In this document: positions 10,166 through 18,343 of the stretch, one piece after another
Numbering within the stretch: position 1 is the stretch's first letter
How the letters are laid out: the number at the start of each line of letters is the position of its first letter
IMG/VR virus record: IMGVR_UViG_3300028909_000018
Span: 32,001 to 96,000 of that record
Reading direction: 5' to 3' (one strand)
Source: a virus
DNA length: 64,000 nt
Program-made: the position numbers and the translations under genes
Notes under the pieces: generated by a model
Seen by the model: the letters and a program-made list of their open reading frames with translations, nothing else
Database searches by the model: none
Told to the model about the DNA's origin: nothing

Positions 10166-10518
10166 TTTGGGGCCACCGTGTTATCATCAGCAATAATTGA
10201 ATCAAAAAGATTACGAAACTTTTCGAGACTCATGGTAGAATTTATTTCCGTTGTGCCGTAAGAGATGACACAAACCTTTTCGGTCTCGGTGGATGCGGAA
10301 AGGACCATCGTCTCCTTGGTTTTAAAGTTGAAGAAGATGCTGAATTTATCCTTGACCAGCTTATCCGCAATGACCAAGACAGGTTCGAAACCTTTCTTCT
10401 CGATGCCTTTAACGAAGTCTGCATTTCTGCTGCAATCAGGAACATCCTGAGTATAGGTTACAGCCATGGCAGAGGTAGAGAGAGCAAAAATAAATCCAAG
10501 TGCGGCTAGAAGTCTCAT
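10162..10518 (-). CDS. Secreted hypothetical protein
   Basis: Signal peptide (SAMA) and two Cys; overlaps the htrA start. Confidence 0.7.
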   Translation of the reverse strand: MRLLAALGFIFALSTSAMAVTYTQDVPDCSRNADFVKGIEKKGFEPVLVIADKLVKDKFSIFFNFKTKETMVLSASTETEKVCVISYGTTEINSTMSLEKFRNLFDSIIADDNTVAPK

Positions 10519-10586
10519 TACATTTCCTTATGTGGGAGGGGGTTTTAACACTTCTATTTATGGCAGACTTCTAAGGCTTTGTCAAA

Positions 10587-10661
10587 TGGAGGCGCTACTG
10601 AGGATCAAACTCAGGTCTCAAGATTTGCAGTCAAGCGCATGGGTCACTCTGCTACAGCGCC
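10587..10661 (-). tRNA. tRNA-Cys(GCA)
   Basis: Acceptor GGCGCTG/TAGCGCC, U73, encoded CCA, loop CTGCAAA. Two mismatches in the anticodon stem; T-loop TTTGATC. Confidence 0.85.
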
Positions 10662-10669
10662 GAAAAAGT

Positions 10670-10905
10670 CTTGGTGGGGTAAACTGGTGTGCTTACCTCT
10701 TTCTTGACATCCAAGTATGCCGACCCCTCTTACCAATGCCATTCATTACGCCTAGTAGAGCAGTAATGAACTGGGGTAGATATCCATGATCCACAAAGCC
10801 TCTACTAAGGTGACGGATCAGAAGGAACATCTAGCTACTATCTTGCATGATGGCTGAGAGGGCTCACCTGTCATTTAATCCTCTTGCACAGAGGAACCAC
10901 CCAAG
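10670..10905 (-). ncRNA. Putative ~235-nt structured RNA with kissing loops
   Basis: No credible ORF, terminal pairing, several hairpins, complementary 8-nt loops and an adjacent late promoter. Confidence 0.6.
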
Positions 10906-10913
10906 TATTTATC
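10906..10913 (-). promoter_or_regulatory. Late promoter GATAAATA
   Basis: Matches this phage's late motif; abuts the 5' end of the ncRNA candidate. Confidence 0.55.
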
Positions 10914-10963
10914 CTCTGCCGGGAAGATTCCCCTAGATGCCTTATCAGGGCATGACAGAAGTT

Positions 10964-11037
10964 TGGAGCGGGATAAGAGATTCAAACTCTTTTCATTAGC
11001 TTGGAAGGCTAAGGCACAATCCATATACCAATCCCGC
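10964..11037 (-). tRNA. tRNA-Gly(TCC)
   Basis: Acceptor GCGGGAT/ATCCCGC, arm TTAGC-CTTCCAA-GCTAA, U73 and CCA. Confidence 0.92.
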
Positions 11038-11053
11038 GATTAGTGTATTCTAT

Positions 11054-11372
11054 TTATACTAAATCTATCTCGTCTATCTCGTAAAAGTCTTCAGAAGGTG
11101 TAAGAAGACGGTTTTCATCTATAATTTTTGAATATCTACAATCAAACATATCATAATTTATGCGCTTTCCGTACTTGTCATATACAAATTTATTCTGAAT
11201 TTCCATCATTTCTGACATAAGTTCATTGTGTTTCAGAACATCCTTTGCTTGTTTTTCTTTCAACTCCACAACAAATGCATTGGCGTCGGCCTCATTATGG
11301 AAGGCCTTTTAAATCCACACGTTTAAATTCCTCGTAAATCAACTCTTGTCGGTAAACAACATAAATCTTCAT
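11054..11372 (-). pseudogene. Hypothetical gene with an apparent extra A at ~11308
   Basis: MKIYVVYRQE...RVDL in frame 0 joins KAFHNEADANAFVVELKEK... in the +1 frame. Confidence 0.45.
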
Positions 11373-11376
11373 ATCA

Positions 11377-11481
11377 CTAATCCTTCATTTTCTTACGGTC
11401 ATAGACTTTCTTGGACTTCACCACCCGCATCTTGTACTTAGGAGTTCGAAGGTCTTTGGCAATCATGTTTCGCGTTTTCAT
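11377..11481 (-). CDS. 34-aa basic peptide, ArfA-like
   Basis: AAGGA RBS; MKTRNMIAKDLRTPKYKMRVVKSKKVYDRKKMKD. Below the ORF-track cutoff. Confidence 0.7.
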   Translation of the reverse strand: MKTRNMIAKDLRTPKYKMRVVKSKKVYDRKKMKD

Positions 11482-11500
11482 GACAAATATCCTTTAAAAA

Positions 11501-11578
11501 TGGCGGGGAATGACGGAATTGAACCGACATTGCACTGGTTGAAGGCCAGTTTTCCTAGTCCTGTTAGAAGAATTCCCC
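11501..11578 (-). tRNA. tRNA-Glu(TTC) with C33
   Basis: Acceptor GGGGAAT/ATTCCCC, G73, CCA; arm ACTGG-CCTTCAA-CCAGT; Glu-like D arm. Confidence 0.85.
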
Positions 11579-11626
11579 AATTCTTTATTTATATGCAATA
11601 TACGAATTTGCATACAATGTCAACCC

Positions 11627-11908
11627 TTATAGGAAATAATTTGTATCCTTTACCTTATCCCATGGAGCCGTGTACAACTTGAAAGGACATCCACAGCCTC
11701 GAAATGTCTCCTGCCAGACTCGAATCGTCTCTTCCTCCAACGGACCCAGCACAATCTCGGCCTGATTAGGCGGCGAAATCTTTTCGATGAAGTTAACATG
11801 CACGTTTCGAAACATGAATTTGGCGAAGACTTGTGGATAGTTAACGTCTACATCGAAGACGAATCGGGCAACGTAGTGCATTTTTTTCCTTTTGAAGAAG
11901 TTAAACAT
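11627..11908 (-). CDS. Hypothetical protein
   Basis: ORF in the minus-strand gene run. Confidence 0.55.
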   Translation of the reverse strand: MFNFFKRKKMHYVARFVFDVDVNYPQVFAKFMFRNVHVNFIEKISPPNQAEIVLGPLEEETIRVWQETFRGCGCPFKLYTAPWDKVKDTNYFL

Positions 11909-11915
11909 TTGTTAT

Positions 11916-12281
11916 TTATAGAATAAAATACGCGGTGACGAACAGGGTAAGAAAATGAATCGTCTGATCCAGACCCACGACGACGAAGAAATTATGCCTG
12001 TCACCTTTCTTATAGAAATATGACGATGCCCTAGACGTGATGAAGTCAACACCAAAATGGATGACGCCATTTATTAAGGCAAATAGGAGAATATCGTTTG
12101 TGTCTATACCAAAACGAAAAATAAAAATACCCAAAAATAATATCAGGGTATACACACCGACATGTGCTGCCAGCGCCTCGTTGTTAACACTTTTATTCTG
12201 TGCCATCCAATCATTTTGGAGAAAGAAGTCTCCATACCAATGTATAAGAAGCAACACGAGAATGAGAGGTAGACTAATCAT
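11916..12281 (-). CDS. DUF3307 membrane protein
   Basis: HWYGDFFLQ..WMA.NK, HF.VD and GLDQTIH motifs. Confidence 0.9.
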   Translation of the reverse strand: MISLPLILVLLLIHWYGDFFLQNDWMAQNKSVNNEALAAHVGVYTLILFLGIFIFRFGIDTNDILLFALINGVIHFGVDFITSRASSYFYKKGDRHNFFVVVGLDQTIHFLTLFVTAYFIL

Positions 12282-12299
12282 TTCAAATCCTTTTTAAGT

Positions 12300-12375
12300 T
12301 GGTAGTCCGTGTCAGGTTCGAACTGACAACCTTGGAATTAAAAGTTCCTTGCTCCACCCATTGAGCTAACGGACT
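12300..12375 (-). tRNA. tRNA-Lys(TTT)
   Basis: TAGCTCAATGG D arm, CTTTTAA loop, GTTCGAAC T arm, ACCA end. Confidence 0.92.
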
Positions 12376-12379
12376 GGAA

Positions 12380-12456
12380 TGGTAGACTTGGAGTGATTCG
12401 GACACTCGACCTTTCGCTTAAGAGGCGTCTGCTCTAACCAACTGAGCTACAAGTCC
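12380..12456 (-). tRNA. tRNA-Lys(CTT)
   Basis: TAGCTCAGTTGG D arm, CTCTTAA loop, ACCA end. T-loop TCCGAAT and only a 3-bp anticodon stem. Confidence 0.85.
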
Positions 12457-12462
12457 AAAAAG

Positions 12463-12675
12463 TTATTTATCTTTCCTGTTTCTGATGTAATCCTCGACGT
12501 TCAAAAGATTCCTGAGCATTTCTCTACGCGCCATCGCATATTCAGGTCCAAGAACCAGAAGATCATTAGTCAAACGATTAAACAGAACACGAAGTTTTTC
12601 CAGTTCTTCATCAGTGACATGATCACCGTAGTAAAACTTTTTATAAATTCCGGCCAACTCTGTATCAAATCTCAT
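12463..12675 (-). CDS. Hypothetical protein
   Basis: GAGG RBS; helical ORF. Confidence 0.65.
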   Translation of the reverse strand: MRFDTELAGIYKKFYYGDHVTDEELEKLRVLFNRLTNDLLVLGPEYAMARREMLRNLLNVEDYIRNRKDK

Positions 12676-12700
12676 ATTATATCCTCTCTAAAAAGTATGT

Positions 12701-12994
12701 GGGAGACTCGCGGTATCACGCGAATAATATACCCCTCTGTGCCTGTCGGTCAGTAGATAAATGCATGTCATCACACACATTCAGGGCTCCTATCTCATCT
12801 CCAAATAAGTTCTGGAGCTATGCCTAGCTTCAACGAGACCGATTTTACTCGTCCCTCCACTCCTAACATTAATTTAAGTCCCGCCCTCCAGATAGCGGTT
12901 CCGAGGTAGTTCCCGATCTCGTCCTAGAACACGTCTACCTGTGTTCAGGACCAGCCAGATAGCGACTCTGGCAATTCCGTAATCTTACTCTCCC
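12701..12994 (-). ncRNA. Putative ~295-nt structured RNA
   Basis: ORF-free, closing stem GGGAGA/TCTCCC, at least 6 hairpins and a predicted pseudoknot. Confidence 0.6.
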
Positions 12995-12996
12995 TC

Positions 12997-13428
12997 TTAG
13001 AGATTGTCAATGGCCTCTTTTAGAGATTCTAGAGTATCGACACCTTTTTGAGAATAACCAACCTTCCATTCTTTTCCGTCCCAAACGTAGGCATATTCCG
13101 TCCAACAGTCGGGCATAGGCCATATATATTCCAGAGTCTCGGCTTCAAAAGCCTTGACATCTTCCCAAGGTTCATTACCACGATCCCTAAAGTAGGCGAC
13201 ACAATAGCCGTCAACCTTATTCTCCCAGCTATGCCCCTTGGGTTTGGTGCATTTCGGACCAAGAATCGACAAATTCCCCAGCCCGATCAGCTTCTCGGCC
13301 TTCTTGGTGGAATTATAATTCTCGAATAATATCTTACCATTATGTCTCACATAACCATCCCAATGGCAGTAAATACGACGCCAGACGCCATCCTTACACA
13401 AAACAATAATATCACTTCTGGTTCCCAT
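12997..13428 (-). CDS. Conserved phage hypothetical (MGTRS..IYCHWDGY family)
   Basis: Recognisable motif; GGAG RBS. Confidence 0.8.
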   Translation of the reverse strand: MGTRSDIIVLCKDGVWRRIYCHWDGYVRHNGKILFENYNSTKKAEKLIGLGNLSILGPKCTKPKGHSWENKVDGYCVAYFRDRGNEPWEDVKAFEAETLEYIWPMPDCWTEYAYVWDGKEWKVGYSQKGVDTLESLKEAIDNL

Positions 13429-13472
13429 GATACATACTCCTATGATTTGAACAATATCACTTTAAATCATTT

Positions 13473-13748
13473 TTAAACGTTGTCAACCACTTTTTTCTCT
13501 TTCATCGGAGAAACAGAAGGAACCTTCGCCTTCTCTTGAAACTTTCCGCCCCACACCGCGTCGTAGACACCCAAGTTATAGGCCGACGCCAGAATTTGCA
13601 TCACTTCTCTATAAGAAACAAATTCGTCTGGCGTATTAAACACCGACTGACATTGTTTATGCATCCATGCCAGCGTCGCCGGATCAGTGATACGCAGTTC
13701 TACCGGAAGCGGAAAGAAAGGTATGTAATCAAGAAAATGTTGTGACAT
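13473..13748 (-). CDS. Hypothetical protein
   Basis: Start at MSQHF after GAGGG. Confidence 0.55.
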   Translation of the reverse strand: MSQHFLDYIPFFPLPVELRITDPATLAWMHKQCQSVFNTPDEFVSYREVMQILASAYNLGVYDAVWGGKFQEKAKVPSVSPMKEKKVVDNV

Positions 13749-14189
13749 GGCACCCTCACTTGAACCCCATAAAAAAATCATTGATGGAAAGCGTATCAAT
13801 CCCACCAAAATATTGGATGATTCCTGCGAAAATTATCATAATAGTAATGATAAGCATGAGGGCGAGGCAATGTTCAACGAATCGCCGGATTATCTGTTCT
13901 CGACGCCACACCTTGGCGAAATCTTCCATGTGGCTCATTTCAATATTCCTCCAGAATTTCGCCAGTATCTTTGTTCTTGATGAAAGCATACTGATAAGAA
14001 TGTTGACGATACTCCCTCACCGTCTCAATAGCCTCCGAAAGGGTGAAACAATCCTCCAGATGCTCGGGCTCGGCACCATATCCGTAGACATCATTCCAGC
14101 CGCCCCAAATTTCATAATGTGGATAATTCATGATAAAAAACCTCCGCGTTGATATGATCAATATAAATGGTTTTGATTCTATGTCAAGC

Positions 14190-14197
14190 GATAAATA
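14190..14197 (+). promoter_or_regulatory. Late promoter GATAAATA for gp5N
   Basis: Upstream of the AAGGA RBS; back-to-back with an early -35 on the minus strand. Confidence 0.7.
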
Positions 14198-14215
14198 TCA
14201 AAAAAGAAGGATTTT

Positions 14216-15571
14216 ATGACAGAACGAGCATTTGGTTTTGATAACAGGCATTGGTGGGGCGTCGTCGTCAACGTCATGGACCCTGACAAGGAGGGTCGTG
14301 TCCAAGTTAGAATCCATGGCCTGCATGACGATGCGACTAATATTCCTGATTCTGCTCTACCATGGGTCAAACCTCTACAAAATATAACTTCGGCAGCACA
14401 TAATAAAATTGGCAAGATTCCTGTCGGCCTGATCGTCGGATCGACGGTATTTGGGGTCTTCCTCGACGGGGATCAACAACAGCCGATAATGATGGGAACC
14501 ATCGCCAAGGCTGGTGACGCAAGTAGTACAGAAACAACAGGAGGATCGGAATCTCTAAAACAAGGAACCAATTCTACGCCTCCCGGTGGGAGAATATTTG
14601 ATAATGGTTTCTCGACCAGAAGCACTCAGAATATTAAGACAGATGACCAGACCAAGATCACATATCCAAATTACACACCAACCGAGCAAAATGATTCCGA
14701 TGGCAAGGATATCACCGAGGATGCCCGTAAGAAGACAAAGTTCTATAGTATTCCCACCGTAGCATCATTAACTTCTATCGGTGGATCGATTCTTCAGCAG
14801 CTTCAGACTGTTGATCCACAGAATCTCAATGCAGTTCTTCCCAATGCGATTTCATCATTTATTAAGATGAAAGATATTTCCGACCTCGGATCGACCTCGG
14901 GACTTCAAGGCGCGATGGGGAACATGTTGGGATCGGCGTTATCATCGATTTCTGGCCAGCTAGGAGCCTCCACAGTCATCAACGCACTATCGGCAGGACT
15001 GTCGGGTGCCACCCTATCCAGCACGGCCCAGAGCGTCTTATCGACGGCCCTGATGAACATGGGTCAGACGCCCGTTCTTTCCGACACCATGAATAGCGTG
15101 ACGAATCAGTCTCTCCAGTCTTTAATTAATATGATTTTACCGCTGCTACAGAACGGTTCCGTCTCGGCCTCTGCCCTCGAATCCATCATCGCGCTGTTTT
15201 TAGAACAACTTCAAAATAATGGAATGCAGAGCATTCTCGGTGCTGGGATCACGCCTGCCAGCATCCTATCAAACCTATCGAGTGTTCTACCGACCATCGC
15301 CGGGGCAATTAACACCACGCTCGATACCCACCTTCCAAAATCTGTTTTAGATAATTCTATATTGACTCAGGCGCTTCAGAAGTTTTCAACGAATCAGGCC
15401 TTTCTGAAGGCTCCTACGAACGGCAGGAAGGCACTTGCCATCAAGGCGGCGGAAGGGTCGGCCAATCAGCCCCAGAGCGTCATGGACACCATCTCTTCCC
15501 TTCCCGGAGTTGCACAAGGAGTGACCACCAATACAATCCAAGGTCTAGGAAATCTATTCGCAGGAAGTTAA
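14216..15571 (+). CDS. gp5N: gp5 N-terminal OB-fold protein with long helical extension (no lysozyme)
   Basis: WWGVV....DP...GRVQVRIHGLH....IPD..LPW...GSTVFG.FLDG...QPI.MGTI. Confidence 0.88.
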   Translation: MTERAFGFDNRHWWGVVVNVMDPDKEGRVQVRIHGLHDDATNIPDSALPWVKPLQNITSAAHNKIGKIPVGLIVGSTVFGVFLDGDQQQPIMMGTIAKAGDASSTETTGGSESLKQGTNSTPPGGRIFDNGFSTRSTQNIKTDDQTKITYPNYTPTEQNDSDGKDITEDARKKTKFYSIPTVASLTSIGGSILQQLQTVDPQNLNAVLPNAISSFIKMKDISDLGSTSGLQGAMGNMLGSALSSISGQLGASTVINALSAGLSGATLSSTAQSVLSTALMNMGQTPVLSDTMNSVTNQSLQSLINMILPLLQNGSVSASALESIIALFLEQLQNNGMQSILGAGITPASILSNLSSVLPTIAGAINTTLDTHLPKSVLDNSILTQALQKFSTNQAFLKAPTNGRKALAIKAAEGSANQPQSVMDTISSLPGVAQGVTTNTIQGLGNLFAGS

Positions 15572-15756
15572 TAAATTATTCCTTTTACTTCCTTAATTTT
15601 CTTAAGCTTGGCACCAATAAGATCAAACGACTCATTATCGATCAGCCAATCGTTCTTGCGAGTCTTATTAATTTGATCACGCCTTGCGAGACTCAACATC
15701 ATATAGGCATATTCAAGCAATTTTTCTGTTGAATAGTTGTCAGGATCGTAGGTCAT
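15568..15756 (-). CDS. Hypothetical protein
   Basis: GGAG RBS. Confidence 0.55.
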   Translation of the reverse strand: MTYDPDNYSTEKLLEYAYMMLSLARRDQINKTRKNDWLIDNESFDLIGAKLKKIKEVKGIIY

Positions 15757-15927
15757 TTTTATTCTCCCCGAATGAATGTCAAAAGACGATTTAGAAAATT
15801 GATTTCATTATCAATTTCCCAATAACTGTCTCCCTTATCAGAGAGACAGGATTGTTCGATAATTCTCATAGCGAGGCGGGTTTTAATCATACCCGCCGTG
15901 TTTATGAGTTTTTCTTTATTATCCATA

Positions 15928-16482
15928 TTATACCACCTTTTCAAACTTGGGACGGGAGACAATGGTCTGATTCACGCCTTCACGAACCGAATGATCCTTG
16001 ACCGTCGCCTTGCCCTTTACGGCATCACCACGAGCGGCTTCCAGATACTTCGAACCCTTGTAAACGACGACGTTACCGGCCTCGTCCTTAAGGATATGAA
16101 TATGGAGCATACCGAAGTCAGTCTCGTAAGAGAAGTGGTTTTGCATGGTGAGGGTGAAATCCTGACGCTTACCAACCTCACCAACGAAGACCGAAGCGGC
16201 GTCAGCAGCCTTCCAAGCCGCCTTACGCTCGTCTTCCTTGGCGAAAATCTTACGAACGGCAGCTTCCTGACCAGCGGTGAGGGAGCCCCAATCGGCATAA
16301 TTCGTCAGCATGGTGCTGATGAAGCTGTTAGAAGACTTGTACATCTTCTCGACCAGAACGGCGCGGGTGGCGTCTTCGGCCATCCAACGTGCAGCTTTGC
16401 TCTTTTTCGCATTGGCCATCTTGTAGCCCTCAATCGCGGGAAAGTAACGGTCGGCGTGGTCATGTTGTTCGTCGTAGGCCAT
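15928..16482 (-). CDS. Conserved early protein, C-terminal OB-fold-like domain
   Basis: FVGEVGKR...ETDFG...KD..GN.VV...KATVK.H....G..QT...RPK; own TTGACA-17-TATATT promoter. Confidence 0.75.
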   Translation of the reverse strand: MAYDEQHDHADRYFPAIEGYKMANAKKSKAARWMAEDATRAVLVEKMYKSSNSFISTMLTNYADWGSLTAGQEAAVRKIFAKEDERKAAWKAADAASVFVGEVGKRQDFTLTMQNHFSYETDFGMLHIHILKDEAGNVVVYKGSKYLEAARGDAVKGKATVKDHSVREGVNQTIVSRPKFEKVV

Positions 16483-16723
16483 GATGTTTCTCCGTTGTTC
16501 CGATGATATGAATATAAATCATTCATATCGGGATGTCAACGGATATTTTTAAAAAATTAGAGAAATTTCTGATTAAACGCCTTTGGATCAATCCAAGCAC
16601 AAAAAATTAGGAATGCAACCATAGGGTTACGTGTCATCCAGATCACGAGGGCAGCACCGGCGATGATGGCCAGATCGATGAGGAATGTTTTCACATGTTT
16701 CATGACAAAAATCCTTTAAAAGA

Positions 16724-16818
16724 AGAGAATAACAGGGGTCGAACCTGTCACCTTACGTCATTTCCATGGTTGGATCGTAAGGTATGGAGCCTTGCAAACT
16801 TCACTTGACGCTACTCAA
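16724..16818 (-). ncRNA. tRNA-like element (T-arm, no D-arm, long extra arm)
   Basis: ACAGG-TTCGACC-CCTGT T-arm, ACCTTACG/CGTAAGGT stem and a possible TTGCAAG loop. Confidence 0.4.
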
Positions 16819-17336
16819 CTAGCCTTTCACGCCATATTACTGTGCATACCGTATTCTCATAGATGGCGGAAACACCCATATCCGACATGGACTCCCTTTC
16901 GAGAGCAATCTGTTTAGCAAACAGTTGCCGATCCCCTCGGCTTGTCATTTCCATTAAATTTGGCGGAAGAGTGGCTGTGTCGATCACCATACGATTACTC
17001 ATCGTACCATCCGATTTCAAGTCGGTGAAGGGAGCCGTCCCTCATACTCTTCCATATTTCTATTTATTCTTTTTAATTTAGTATTTTGACCTTTGTATGT
17101 TAGCGTCTGAGAATGACAATTAGGACATATAACCATAAGATTTTTATTTGAAATCCGAAGGTACGGTTTCAATCCAAGTTTGTTTTTCATCAGAAACATA
17201 CAAAACCTTGTCATAATTCTCGAAAAACTCCTTACTATCCACGTCATCCCGGAAATTCCGAAGATGCTCGTTTATCTGATCATTGTCAAGTCCCTTATCG
17301 ACCCTAACGTGAAAAATATATTTCATTTTTTTTCTC

Positions 17337-18341
17337 CTATTTAAAATAAAGTAAACGAGTGTCACCCACGAGATGACGGTTTGTTGATGTGGACTGAATG
17401 AAAAGTTCATACTGTCCATGATCCTTCGGAGAGACACGAACCTCACGATCCGTTGGAAGGCCTAGAAGATCACGAGCATCATCGCCAGAATAGGTCTTTC
17501 CAGACTTCTTATGCTTGATACAAATTTTCTTTGATGCCTGCACCTTCTCAGATTTATTTAGCTGATAATATGCCGAACCAATATTATATTCTCCAAAATG
17601 CTCGATACAGAAGTCGCGAATCTCAGTCTTGTTATACTTCTCAGGAACCCATAGAATTTGAACCTTGTCGGTGATATCATCAAGATTACGCTTGACTTCA
17701 GATATGGAGACATTCGAAAGGTCTGTGTAGAACGAGCTAGAACTGGTTAGACCACGAGTACGATCACTGAAATAAGCCCGTGTGGCCTGTGTCGAAACCT
17801 GTGTGGACTGACGAAGACCCTTCTCGGTGACTTCCCATTCGATGACGTTGCCAACGGGAATACCAAGATTGGTGATGTATGAACCATAACCCTTGGGAAC
17901 ACGGAAGGCGAAAGTCCACTTATCAGTAGACTGGAGATGACGGATACGAGATGCAACCTGTGGGGCTATTTCGCCGTGAACATTATTTCCACCGTCAGTG
18001 ATAACCATGATCAGGTAGGCGGTATCGCTATTCTCGTTTTCCTCGGAAATTGTATCAATCATCAAATTAATGGCATCTAGAAGCGGCGTCGATCCACCAT
18101 TCGCATAGTAGGATGTAATATTTCTAAGCGTCGCGACGTTCTCGTCTTTGATGATGACGCGATTTATGGTTCTAAAGTTGACGGCCACGCCACATTCCAC
18201 GACAGTCACAAGACCCTTGTGGTTCTTGTCGATGGAAGACTTCAGACTATCAACGGTAAGGTTGTAATCGTTGATGGCTCCTGTGATATACGACTGCATG
18301 GAGCCGGAATGATCACGAATAATACCAATTTTAGTTTTCAT
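17337..18341 (-). CDS. von Willebrand factor A domain protein
   Basis: MIDAS motif DHSGSM, GSTPLLDA and VITDG. Confidence 0.9.
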   Translation of the reverse strand: MKTKIGIIRDHSGSMQSYITGAINDYNLTVDSLKSSIDKNHKGLVTVVECGVAVNFRTINRVIIKDENVATLRNITSYYANGGSTPLLDAINLMIDTISEENENSDTAYLIMVITDGGNNVHGEIAPQVASRIRHLQSTDKWTFAFRVPKGYGSYITNLGIPVGNVIEWEVTEKGLRQSTQVSTQATRAYFSDRTRGLTSSSSFYTDLSNVSISEVKRNLDDITDKVQILWVPEKYNKTEIRDFCIEHFGEYNIGSAYYQLNKSEKVQASKKICIKHKKSGKTYSGDDARDLLGLPTDREVRVSPKDHGQYELFIQSTSTNRHLVGDTRLLYFK

Positions 18342-18343
18342 GT

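Noticed and set aside
10670-10905. tmRNA
   Set aside because: It ends in CCACCA but has no T-arm before it, and I found no convincing tag reading frame.
10915-10959. Hammerhead ribozyme (CTGATAA)
   Set aside because: The motif is closed in a hairpin loop and there is no GAAA core.
11501-11578. Reading the tRNA as a UCA (opal/Sec) suppressor
   Set aside because: The perfect ACTGG/CCAGT stem centres TTC, and the D arm and G73 fit Glu.
17337-18341. Ro60/TROVE partner for the nearby tRNA-like RNA
   Set aside because: The vWA domain is N-terminal and there is no TROVE domain.
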